Shown here piece by piece: positions 7,253 to 15,737 of a stretch of DNA of 32,000 nucleotides. Under the pieces are notes generated by a model. It had not been told where the DNA came from. It did no database searches and saw nothing but the letters and a program-made list of their open reading frames with translations. Made by a program: the position numbers and the translations under genes. Within the stretch, counting starts at the first letter, position 1. Every line of letters begins with the position of its first letter. The stretch is from NCBI GenBank assembly GCA_016699265.1, contig CP064967.1, forward strand, positions 180,001-212,000, given 5' to 3'. Source of the DNA: Candidatus Saccharimonadota bacterium. Lineage in GTDB: Bacteria > Patescibacteriota > Microgenomatia > UBA1406 > GWC2-37-13.

Positions 7253-8662
7253 TTGCCAGAGCGAAATCACGACTAACTCCACTTTCCGCAATTTCTCCAA
7301 TCTGCGGTCTCCTTTGAAGAGAGAAAATATGGCTCAAAGAACTTGCGCCAATTTTTCTGAGACCGGAATTTATTTGAAAGTGTTGAGATTGAGGCACGAT
7401 ATCTAGTGCTCTTTCTGATATAGGTGTCGTAAGACCTGCAGAAAGAACGAAAAAGCATAGAGTCATTAGGTCCACATGATATAGAACGAAGAGAAATGGA
7501 CAGAACCTATAGAGTCAAGGAAATCGGGGATGAGACAAATATGATGGAAAGGCTAATGGAGCGATCGCCGTTTTAGGAGAAGGGCTACCGTAGGTAGTCG
7601 CTTGAGGACATAACTGAGATGACTTCATTTTGGTCTATCTAATGAGGAGATGGGACAATCTTTCGTCATTCGATTTATTTGAAAGAAGAATATTGATGCA
7701 GGTCATTTGCAACCGACGTTGAATAATTACAAAGATACTCTTTGTATAGGGATACAGGAGTATGCAGCATCCAACAACTGTTGGTTAAGAACTCAAGATA
7801 AGCCGCAGGACCAACCAATGATCTTCATCTTATTCACACAGGAATGCGACTTAGAAGACAAATTGATGAGATAGAAGGAGGCAACTTAACGGGGGATCTT
7901 AAACGGCAATCTAAACTTTAACACCACCTATCGAGGCCAGATGTTGATTGGATAGCATTTTCTGCAGCATTCGTAAGTAGTCTTGGACTGGAGCCAAATC
8001 TATATAGTACTCAGATTAATCCGTACGACGACGTTATAGCGCTCTTTCAAGCCTATCAGAGAGTAAACAACATTTTTATAGATTTTGATCAAGACATGTG
8101 GAGGTATATTAGCGATGACTGGTTTGTACAGGAGGCAAGAAAAGGAGAGGTGGGGTCATCCACCATGCCACAAAAAGTGAACCCAATCGACTTTGAAAAT
8201 AGTGAGGGTAATTTAGGACTTGCTAATGCAATGATCGAATTTTTTACACGCAAACTTTCAGTATCGCGTCTTCAACGAGATCTATCTGACAGCACGGTTA
8301 TAAGAAATTTTGGGACTGTGTTTGCATACCAACTATTAGCATACAAAAATACTCTTCTTGGTCTTAGCAAGGTGAAGCCCAATGAGGAGCAGATTGAGAG
8401 GGCTCTGAATCATAACTGGGCAATCTTAACGGAAGGAGTACAGACAGTTTTGCGAACTGCAGGAGTAGAGAATGCGTACGATCTAATAAAGGGACTATCT
8501 AGAGGACAAAGAATTGGACCTAAGGAGTGGAAACTGTGGGTGAACGGTTTACCCGTTTCTGAAGATGTTAAAAAAACCTTGCTTTCTCTAAAACCTTTAA
8601 ACTACCTCGGACTTGTACACGAGTTAACAGAGATGGGAGTGGATGAAATTCGCAATCAATAG
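7253..8662 (+). pseudogene. purB: Adenylosuccinate lyase pseudogene. The N-terminal two thirds are shattered and the C-terminal 188 codons are still open.
   Basis: 8096-8662 carries the fumarate-lyase signature GSSTMPQKVNPIDFENSEGNLGLANA and reads like E. coli-type PurB through to the C-terminus. Upstream pieces in different frames match PurB in order: LTPLSAISPI (cf. LTAVSPVDGRY), VEIEARYL, NGNLNFN / RPDVDW (cf. GAVGNYNAH..YPEVDW), FVSSLGLEPNLYSTQINPYDDVIALFQAYQRVNNIFIDFDQDMW. They are separated by stops and frameshifts. Confidence 0.85.
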
Positions 8663-8688
8663 TTTGTAATTCATGCCTCGGTTTATGC

Positions 8689-8694
8689 TATATT
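8689..8694 (+). promoter_or_regulatory. TATATT -10-like box 6 nt before the ATG at 8701
   Basis: Read directly: gctatattgaatgcATG. No SD sequence is present. Confidence 0.4.
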
Positions 8695-8700
8695 GAATGC

Positions 8701-10428
8701 ATGGCAGAGGTTTCTGGTGTGCAGTTTTTTAACTACTTTATTTTTCTGCTCGTTCCCTTTTTCTTCGGATTAATTGCTAAGCGTTTGAAACTGTCACCGA
8801 TCGTAGGGTATCTGTTTGGAGGAATAGTTTTAGGAAATCTTCTTAAGGATTTAGTTTCTATCGAAGTGGTCACTCAGTTTGCACATTTTGGTATAGTGCT
8901 CCTTCTTTTCAGTATAGGTCTTGATCTGAACATGACTAAGATGTTCGTACTCAAAAAATTTGTGGTTTTAGGAGGAATGCTGCAAATACTGATAACTGTC
9001 GGTGCCGTGACATTCCTGAGCCTATTCTTTGGCTTCAATACCATTCAGTCCTTCCTGATCGGAATTGCTCTGACCTCTTCATCAACAACAATCGTAGCTA
9101 AGATTATTCAGGAGAAGCGGGAAGAAAACTCATTTCTCGGAGAGGTTGCGCTTGGAATTCTCATGTTTCAGGATCTTGCTTTTATTCCATTTATCATAAT
9201 ATTTACCTATCTTAATGGTGATTCTTCATCCGGCTTCGATGTGTTCAAAACAATTGCCTTCAGCATCGCTGAGGCGGCGCTAATACTGCTCACAATGTAC
9301 TACGTGGGTAAGCGTATCGTTCCGTTTGCCTTCAATAAAATCGCGAGAGTATCAAGAGAGCTACTCAACCTTTTTATACTCGTCTTCATCTTCGCCGTAA
9401 TTGCGCTTTCATCAACCTTCGGCGTACCTGTTTTGATCGGTGCTTTCATTGCGGGAGTACTAGTATCACAGACGCTCGAACATCACCATGTCTTTGCGCA
9501 GATTCGACCACTCAGAGACGTAATGGCTATTGTGTACTTTGTGTACATTGGTACTCATGTACAGATCCCACAGGTACTGTTTCTGCTTCCCAAGATTTTA
9601 CTTTTTGGATCACTTTTAATGCTGATTAAAGCTCTCATATTACTCTTAATCTTTATGTATTTCCGTTTTAGTTCAAGGATGGCTTTTTCCATGTCTCTTT
9701 TTCTGTTTCAGGTGAGTGAAAATGCATTCATTCTGTTGTCCTTAGCATTTTCGAACAAGATCTTTACCTCTGATGAATATTTAGTTATTCTGTCCTCGGT
9801 ACTCATGACTTTGATGCTCACTCCTTACCTCATTCAAAGGAGAGACGTGATCTATCTGGCAGTAAGAACATTTTTGAAGAAACGAGTACCCTATGTTGAG
9901 GTCTTTATTCAAAAACGTCTTGATTTTAATGAAGCTCCGGTTGAGTCAAGCCTGCTCAAAAATCATATTGTGATATGTGGCTATGGACGAATCGGTGAAC
10001 AGGTGGGAAAGGCGCTGGCCTTGGCAAATATTCCCTATATCGCAGTGGACTATAATTTTCAGACCGTTGAGAAGCATAAAAAAGAGGGGACCAACATTAT
10101 TTATGGTGATCCAAATGACGCTGATGTTCTTAGGTATGCTCAGATGGAGACTGCCGCTGCGGTCGTGATAGCAGTGCCTCTAAGCTCGGACCAGGAATCG
10201 ATAATCTTAAATTCCAAAAAACTCAATAAAGACCTGCTTGTAATCAGTCGAGTACACACAGAAGGGGATAGGCAACGGATGAAGGATCTAGGCGCCCACA
10301 CAATTGTTTTACCTGAGTTTGAGGCATCGCTTATGATGATCAGAAGAATCTTTCTTCATAAAAGAATGACGAAGGACGAGATCGTAAAGTGGATTCGACA
10401 TATAAAGTTGGTACATGGGGCATTCTAG
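8701..10428 (+). CDS. CPA2-family cation/proton antiporter (Kef-type) with C-terminal RCK/TrkA-N domain
   Basis: About 380 aa of polytopic membrane domain, followed by the Rossmann motif IVICGYGRIGEQVGKAL...IAVDYN...GDPNDADVL. Confidence 0.8.
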   Translation: MAEVSGVQFFNYFIFLLVPFFFGLIAKRLKLSPIVGYLFGGIVLGNLLKDLVSIEVVTQFAHFGIVLLLFSIGLDLNMTKMFVLKKFVVLGGMLQILITVGAVTFLSLFFGFNTIQSFLIGIALTSSSTTIVAKIIQEKREENSFLGEVALGILMFQDLAFIPFIIIFTYLNGDSSSGFDVFKTIAFSIAEAALILLTMYYVGKRIVPFAFNKIARVSRELLNLFILVFIFAVIALSSTFGVPVLIGAFIAGVLVSQTLEHHHVFAQIRPLRDVMAIVYFVYIGTHVQIPQVLFLLPKILLFGSLLMLIKALILLLIFMYFRFSSRMAFSMSLFLFQVSENAFILLSLAFSNKIFTSDEYLVILSSVLMTLMLTPYLIQRRDVIYLAVRTFLKKRVPYVEVFIQKRLDFNEAPVESSLLKNHIVICGYGRIGEQVGKALALANIPYIAVDYNFQTVEKHKKEGTNIIYGDPNDADVLRYAQMETAAAVVIAVPLSSDQESIILNSKKLNKDLLVISRVHTEGDRQRMKDLGAHTIVLPEFEASLMMIRRIFLHKRMTKDEIVKWIRHIKLVHGAF

Positions 10429-10431
10429 ATA

Positions 10432-11307
10432 ATGAAACGCAAACATTCATTCGGCTACCTTCTTTTGATTGTTTTCATAGTTATTATTTTTATAAAGTTA
10501 ATAAGCGGATCGCTCTTCGCACACGCACCCGATCGATTACAGTTCGTGGTATACGGTCAGGACACAAAGCTTTATTCTCTAAGCCATAATGGAGACAATA
10601 ATTATTATATCGGGTATAGTCCAGATCTTAAGGTTGAGGTTCCAAACGGATATGGGTCCTACAGAATTGGAGCCTTATCAAAACTCATTGCTTATGAGAA
10701 AAAGCCAGAATTACTATCTAAAGCTTTTTCTGTAGCTACATCTTCATTCGTGACATACTACTTTTATCCCTCTAAGACCGAAATATACTATGCAGATGAG
10801 ACTCCGCAGACATATCGTGCTCCTTCCTTTACAGAGTTGATGATGTATAAATCAAATGCTCGATTGCTAGACCGAATCTATCTTTACCTTCAGGTTCTCC
10901 AAACCTCGCCCAGTTCTTTTCAGAATCTGGACATCGGTCTACTAACAAAAAAAGTCCAACAGTCAATCCATCTGTCCTCAGATGCGTTTGGTCAAGAGTA
11001 TAAAGGCTTCTTTTATAATAGGACCTATAGAACTGAACGTTTCACCGTACAAATAAAGTATACAAATAACTACAATACAGCTGTTGCAATAGGTAAAATA
11101 CTTGAGGGCAGTGGCGTTCGAGTGGTGGATATTTCAGAGGAAAAGGTTAAGACCAAAAACTGTACAATAGTTACTGATACCGCGGTTAGATCTCGTACCG
11201 TGGTTGACCTAAGCGCGGTATTTCATTGTGATGTCAAAAGAGCGAAGGTGGATACCTCTGATATACTTTTCATTCTAGGATCGGTCGAAAAGGAATGGGA
11301 GCTATAA
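10432..11307 (+). CDS. Membrane-anchored protein with a possible LytR_C-like C-terminal domain
   Basis: There is a single N-terminal TM helix (FGYLLLIVFIVIIFIKLI). The C-terminal segment FTVQIKYTNNYNTAVAIGKILEGSGVRVVDISEEKVKTKNCTIV resembles the LytR/CpsA/Psr C-terminal domain pattern. The start lies 4 nt after the upstream stop. Confidence 0.45.
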   Translation: MKRKHSFGYLLLIVFIVIIFIKLISGSLFAHAPDRLQFVVYGQDTKLYSLSHNGDNNYYIGYSPDLKVEVPNGYGSYRIGALSKLIAYEKKPELLSKAFSVATSSFVTYYFYPSKTEIYYADETPQTYRAPSFTELMMYKSNARLLDRIYLYLQVLQTSPSSFQNLDIGLLTKKVQQSIHLSSDAFGQEYKGFFYNRTYRTERFTVQIKYTNNYNTAVAIGKILEGSGVRVVDISEEKVKTKNCTIVTDTAVRSRTVVDLSAVFHCDVKRAKVDTSDILFILGSVEKEWEL

Positions 11308-11308
11308 T

Positions 11309-11349
<41 letters not shown>

Positions 11350-11353
11350 ATAC

Positions 11354-11551
11354 ATGATACTTATAGGAGGAATATTTATAATTCTAGCTTCATTTATACT
11401 CGCGAAGAGATCGATGAAGGACTTTGATACTACTCGATACGTTAAGAAGTCGGGGAGGATAGTGTTTTACAAGCATGGTACGAAGCATTATTCCTCGTCT
11501 TTGTCTTCGTCTTCTTCTCGAGCGAAGGTAAAGAAGTCTTTGTCTTCATGA
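11354..11551 (+). CDS. Small single-TM hypothetical protein (uncertain)
   Basis: N-terminal hydrophobic helix ILIGGIFIILASFILA. The Ser-rich 3' third is antisense to the acidic tail of the TPR gene, so the true stop and the coding status are doubtful. Confidence 0.3.
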   Translation: MILIGGIFIILASFILAKRSMKDFDTTRYVKKSGRIVFYKHGTKHYSSSLSSSSSRAKVKKSLSS

Positions 11552-12330
11552 TTAAGGCTTTCTGCCAATCTCTCTAGTTCGTTGTCTGAGATAGCATCTC
11601 CGGAAGCATCATCATCATCTTCATGGCCGACTTTTCCGTCATCCTCGGTTCCCATGCGTCCCATATTTGACTGTACGTTTTTTGGAAATGAACTAAACTT
11701 GGCTACCTTTTTACCTTTTTTGTCCTCTCGAATAAAGATTACAACCTTGGTAATAGAAACTTCTTTGATGAAACAGCTATACTCACTTCCAGCCTTAATG
11801 AACAGTGAAAGTCTTTTTGATAGATCGTCAGGAAGTACTCCTACATACTCATTTAGAGTAGTACGAATCTCAGCTCTAACCTTCTTTGGTTTAATCAGAA
11901 CCTGAACGCCTACCGTTAGCTGAGCAAGAATATTTTTCTGACCAGGGTTAAGGAGAGTTGCCGTTCGCGTTTTACCAGGAATTTCAAGGAATAGATTGGG
12001 ATCGAATTTATTCGCTCGCATAACCGGGCCAGTAGTTCCTTCCTTTTCGAGAATCTCGATTCTTTCAAGATGCTCATGTGCGATCTGATTTTCTGACTGG
12101 ATTTTAATAACCTGGCGATAGGTTTTTTTTGCGTTCAGGAAATCTCGGGACTGCATATACGCAAAGGCGAGTCTTAGTAGGCAGTTGAGGTCATGTTTTG
12201 CTTCCTTTAGAATCTTTTTGTTTGTGATAATGGCCTGCTTCCAATCGAGGTTTATGGCCGAATCTATAGCTTGTTGTTCGAGCGCGTCGTATTCATTCAT
12301 ATAATGAAAATTAAGTATACCGTTTGTCAT
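11488..12330 (-). CDS. TPR-repeat protein with an unknown middle domain and a highly acidic C-terminal tail
   Basis: TPR-like helices (ALEQQAIDSAINLDWKQAIITNKKILKEAKHDLNCLLRLAFAYMQSRDFLNAKKTYRQVIKI). The tail is HEDDDDASGD...EEDEDKDEE. The start could instead be the internal Met at about 12300. Confidence 0.6.
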   Translation of the reverse strand: MTNGILNFHYMNEYDALEQQAIDSAINLDWKQAIITNKKILKEAKHDLNCLLRLAFAYMQSRDFLNAKKTYRQVIKIQSENQIAHEHLERIEILEKEGTTGPVMRANKFDPNLFLEIPGKTRTATLLNPGQKNILAQLTVGVQVLIKPKKVRAEIRTTLNEYVGVLPDDLSKRLSLFIKAGSEYSCFIKEVSITKVVIFIREDKKGKKVAKFSSFPKNVQSNMGRMGTEDDGKVGHEDDDDASGDAISDNELERLAESLNHEDKDFFTFAREEDEDKDEE

Positions 12331-12367
12331 TCGAAATGCAACTTAAATTCGAGATGGAGTATAATAG

Positions 12368-12395
12368 TCGTGTATCGTGTAGCCCGAATCGTGTA
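12368..12395. repeat. Heptamer-periodic repeat (TCGTGTA TCGTGTA gcccgaa TCGTGTA) in a divergent promoter region
   Basis: Read directly between the TPR gene start (12330, - strand) and the yebC start (12463, + strand). Confidence 0.8.
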
Positions 12396-12462
12396 TCTCA
12401 AGATTTATTGTGTCACCACCTTGCGATACAGGCTACAGGATTCTCGAGATTCGCGAATATAT

Positions 12463-13023
12463 ATGGCCGGACATTCAAAATGGAAACAGATCAAACATAA
12501 AAAGGCTGCCAACGATCAGCAGAGAGCTAAAATCTTCTCAAAAATCTCTAAACTCATTACCTCCGCAGTCATCGAGGGTGGGGGATTCTCAGATCCCAAT
12601 ATAAATGTAAAACTTAGACTCGCCATAGATAAGGCAAAGATTGCCAATATGCCTAAAGACAACATCGCTCGCGCAATTGAGAAGGGTTCTGGTCCTGACA
12701 GAGTGCATCTCAAAGAAGTCTTGTACGAAGGGTTCGGCCCACATGGCGTGGCTCTTGTCGTACATGCCACAACAGACAACTCAAACAGAACGGTAGTTGA
12801 GGTCAGATCAGTAATAGAGAAGGCGGGAGGCAAGTTAGGTGTTCAGGGATCAGTTTCCTACCTCTTTCAGGTTAGTCACAATCCCGAATTGGAGTATACG
12901 CCACTTTTTAATGTTGAGATCGCAGAGTCGGCGGTCTCGGAGCAAATAATCAAACTTCTTGAGCAATTGGAGGAATTGGACGATGTGCAACAGGTCTTTA
13001 CGAACGCAGTGTTCCCAGAGTAA
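12463..13023 (+). CDS. yebC: YebC/PmpR-family protein, short form (186 aa)
   Basis: Starts with MAGHSKWKQIKHKKA, the family-defining N-terminus. Also has YEGFGPHGVALVV, DNSNRTVVEVR and C-terminal LEELDDVQQVFTN. I moved the start from the ORF-track coordinate 12271 to the ATG at 12463. Confidence 0.85.
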   Translation: MAGHSKWKQIKHKKAANDQQRAKIFSKISKLITSAVIEGGGFSDPNINVKLRLAIDKAKIANMPKDNIARAIEKGSGPDRVHLKEVLYEGFGPHGVALVVHATTDNSNRTVVEVRSVIEKAGGKLGVQGSVSYLFQVSHNPELEYTPLFNVEIAESAVSEQIIKLLEQLEELDDVQQVFTNAVFPE

Positions 13024-13029
13024 CCAACC

Positions 13030-13866
13030 ATGAAAAAATTCTTGAAAATTATTCCGAAGTTTATCCGACTGCCACTTTTTAATAGACTGGCAGGTAAGAT
13101 ACAAAAAAGAATACGGTTCGTGATTAGTAGCGTTACGCTCACAATATTGCTATTGGTCTCAACTTTTTTCTCCTTTGATCTTGTATGGATATTCTTTCCT
13201 GTTTTTATTCTACTTTCCTACTTCTTTACGTACTTTTCTCTTCTTGAGGATATCGAAAAAGTTGAGTGGATCACTCTGTTTATCATGCCAGTAATTTTCA
13301 CGGTAGTGTGTTACAGCTTCTACTTTCTGTTTCCTGTAAGGTGGCTTACACGTGTGCCGTATTTATTCATATACTCTGTTTCTATGTATGCGCTATTTCT
13401 TACGTCAAACATATTTAACGTCGGAGTAGAGAAGAGCTTAAGGCTTTATAAGGCCGCATTCTCAGTTAATTACCTTTTCCAGACCTTTCTTATTTTCCTT
13501 GCTTCTAACATTATTTTTTCCTTACGAGAATATTTCATTGTTAATGCGATAGGAGTGGGGATCGTGTCCTTTGCCTTAGCGGCCCAGTTATTCTGGACCA
13601 TTAAGCTAGATCTGGCACTTTCGACGGAGGTACGAAACCATGCGATGTTTGTGGGGTTGCTGATGGGTGAAACCGCTTTAGTACTTTCTTTTATGCCCCT
13701 TCAGGGTTCGGTACTTGCGCTCATTTTAGCCTCAACTTACTACAGCGTTGGGGGACTAACAAGTGCGCATCTGGATAATCGGCTCTTTCGGTCTACTATC
13801 CGAGAGTATCTAGTCGTATTAATCTTCGTCTGGATTGTGGCTGGATTGACCTTAATCGGCTGGTAA
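13030..13866 (+). CDS. Polytopic membrane protein of unknown function
   Basis: 278 aa with about 8 hydrophobic segments. It starts 7 nt after the yebC stop. I recognised no family. Confidence 0.55.
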   Translation: MKKFLKIIPKFIRLPLFNRLAGKIQKRIRFVISSVTLTILLLVSTFFSFDLVWIFFPVFILLSYFFTYFSLLEDIEKVEWITLFIMPVIFTVVCYSFYFLFPVRWLTRVPYLFIYSVSMYALFLTSNIFNVGVEKSLRLYKAAFSVNYLFQTFLIFLASNIIFSLREYFIVNAIGVGIVSFALAAQLFWTIKLDLALSTEVRNHAMFVGLLMGETALVLSFMPLQGSVLALILASTYYSVGGLTSAHLDNRLFRSTIREYLVVLIFVWIVAGLTLIGW

Positions 13867-14368
13867 AAAATATACCCGGCCACCCCGAGGTAGAGGAGTG
13901 GGCAAGAGAACTACGGACGTGAATATATCCTATAATAAATATCACGTACGTAAATAATACTATAAGACATTTAATCATCGTATCCACGGTACAAACTAGC
14001 CATGAAATAACTAATTTAGATTGTCTTAGCAGCCTAAATAACAACTGCTGATTCGCCGTATGTGTATTTGTGGATAACTTACTCCATCTTGTGTATAACT
14101 CACGCCACGTTACGTGTTTTAAAGCTGAACTAGCCTCAATAAGAGGCGTACGTACTGTCAGTACACTCCAAATCAAACAGTGTGAGGATTTGCTACATAG
14201 CATAATTTAGCCTCAGCAATGACTTAGCAGACTGATATGACGCGCTAAAACAGATGTAGTGGTGGAACGTTGAGCGATAATCTAAAGTGTAGAAATTAGC
14301 TTCAAAAAGTAATATATAGAGCGATATAACAGTCTAAACCATCACTATCGTTAAGACGTCATTTCTAT

Positions 14369-14625
14369 TAAAACCACTCCCGCGGAGAGAGGTCCTCAAA
14401 GGACCCTTATCATGAAGAAATAGAGGGAAAGAAACCAATTTGAATGGAACAAAAAGAGAGTGAGAGCGAGTAACGCTCTTCCTCGGTACCGATATATGAA
14501 ATAAATCACTAAAGTCTTAAAGGGTCGAAAATGGGACGAATAACCGCAGGGAAGGAAGGACGTACAACGTCGTAAATTGTACCTTTTACGACGTTACTCG
14601 TGGCTGACGGAGGAGGAGTGCTCAT
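14369..14625. ncRNA. Candidate structured RNA element (unclassified) inside an ORF-free region
   Basis: Hairpins read directly: a perfect 11-bp stem aacgtcgtaaa/tttacgacgtt (14566-14576 / 14585-14595); ggtcc-tcaaa-ggacc (14391-14405); gagcg-agtaa-cgctc (14464-14478). A possible closing helix is cactcc (14375-14380) with ggagtg (14615-14620). Local GC is visibly higher than the flanks. Strand and boundaries are unknown. Confidence 0.3.
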
Positions 14626-14633
14626 TATTTCAT

Positions 14634-14657
14634 ATTTCTAATTTCTTATTTCTTATT
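14634..14657. repeat. Heptanucleotide tandem repeat (ATTTCTA ATTTCTT ATTTCTT ATT)
   Basis: Read directly. It has the same unit family as 58-90. Confidence 0.85.
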
Positions 14658-14823
14658 GATTAAATAACAAATAAAAAATAATAAATAGCTAAATTCCCTC
14701 TTTGTCCTCCCTTATAGTTCAGGCCGCTTTTAAAGCCCTGCCTCTCCCCCATTTAGAGCGCTGTGATAATCTAAACCTACTAATACCCCATTTCGAACTA
14801 TTTTTATCGGTAGAGAGGTAGTC

Positions 14824-14829
14824 TATAAT
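14824..14829 (+). promoter_or_regulatory. TATAAT -10 box 8 nt before the ATG at 14838
   Basis: Read directly: gtctataattgatacttATG. Confidence 0.5.
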
Positions 14830-14837
14830 TGATACTT

Positions 14838-15722
14838 ATGGTTGCTCGTAAACGCCCCTCAAGATCAATCAAGGCTAAAGATGCCAAAATAGCCAGAAAA
14901 AGAGTTTTTTTTGCGGTTCTGATACTTATTGGTGTCCTATACTTTGTCGGCTATAAAAAGAGCGCAGAACTTAGTAGTGAGTACTACGCACGTGATGCGT
15001 TTCTAAAACCTGAGGGACTGCCTAAGGGAATTAATCCAAAAATAAAGATTCCAATTATTACATATCACTATGTAGAGCATATAATCGATCCAGAAGATAC
15101 CAAGCGTAGATCATTAACGACAAGTCCGTACGCACTAGAGCAATCAATGAAGGCACTGAACAATGCTGGGTATTCCACCCATTTTGTTAGAGAGATTCCT
15201 CGTATACTGTACGATCAGGTTCCGTACTCAACTCGAAGTGCATTTTTGACCTTTGACGATGGATATGACAATTTTTATTCGATCGTACTTCCTTTGCTTA
15301 AGAAATACAATGTAAAGGCTACATTGTTTGTTATAAATAACTACGTAGGACGCACAGGCTTCGTAAATAAGCAGGAATTAGAGGAAATAAGAGACAGTGG
15401 ACTTGTCGAGATAGCGGCTCATACTATGGACCATGCATACCTCAAAGATGCACCCAAAGACTATGCCTTACGTGAAATGGCACAGAGTAAGAAGGACCTT
15501 GAGCAACGTCTTGGGATTAAGGTTTTTTCGATCGCGTATCCGTATGGAGCTTTTACAGCAGAGACAGCGGAGCTAGCCAAAAAAGTACCGTTTGCAGTAG
15601 CAGTTTCGGTAATTCCTGGAGTAATGCAGTCAAAGGACAATCTCTACTACCTGTCAAGATTAAGATCTGGAGTTGTTGGTGGTTCGAGTATTGTGCAGGT
15701 TCTCGAGAGTATAAATAAATAA
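14838..15722 (+). CDS. Polysaccharide deacetylase (NodB-homology, PgdA/CDA1-like) with an N-terminal membrane anchor
   Basis: NodB motif 1 is FLTFDDGYDNFY. His motifs include EIAAHTMDH. TM helix is VFFAVLILIGVLYFVGY. I prefer the ATG at 14838 to the TTG at 14829 because of the -10 spacing. Confidence 0.8.
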   Translation: MVARKRPSRSIKAKDAKIARKRVFFAVLILIGVLYFVGYKKSAELSSEYYARDAFLKPEGLPKGINPKIKIPIITYHYVEHIIDPEDTKRRSLTTSPYALEQSMKALNNAGYSTHFVREIPRILYDQVPYSTRSAFLTFDDGYDNFYSIVLPLLKKYNVKATLFVINNYVGRTGFVNKQELEEIRDSGLVEIAAHTMDHAYLKDAPKDYALREMAQSKKDLEQRLGIKVFSIAYPYGAFTAETAELAKKVPFAVAVSVIPGVMQSKDNLYYLSRLRSGVVGGSSIVQVLESINK

Positions 15723-15724
15723 GC

Positions 15725-15730
15725 TATACT
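15725..15730 (+). promoter_or_regulatory. TATACT -10-like box 7 nt before the ATG at 15738
   Basis: Read directly: gctatacttcaaagtATG. Confidence 0.4.
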
Positions 15731-15737
15731 TCAAAGT

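Noticed and set aside
13796-14203. 135-aa ORF on the - strand in the ORF-free region
   Set aside because: It overlaps the 3' end of the upstream membrane-protein gene. Its composition looks random (Ser/Leu/Arg/Thr-rich) with no motif or start-site context. It is more likely a chance ORF.
14369-14625. Identification as tmRNA, RNase P RNA, SRP RNA or a tRNA
   Set aside because: I found none of the hallmark motifs on either strand: GAGGAAAGUCC (only a poor gagggaaagaaacc), a GGAA-tetraloop SRP helix 8, a tRNA-like 3' end with a T-arm (GGTTCGAATCC-type), or a resume-codon/tag ORF. The element is left unclassified.
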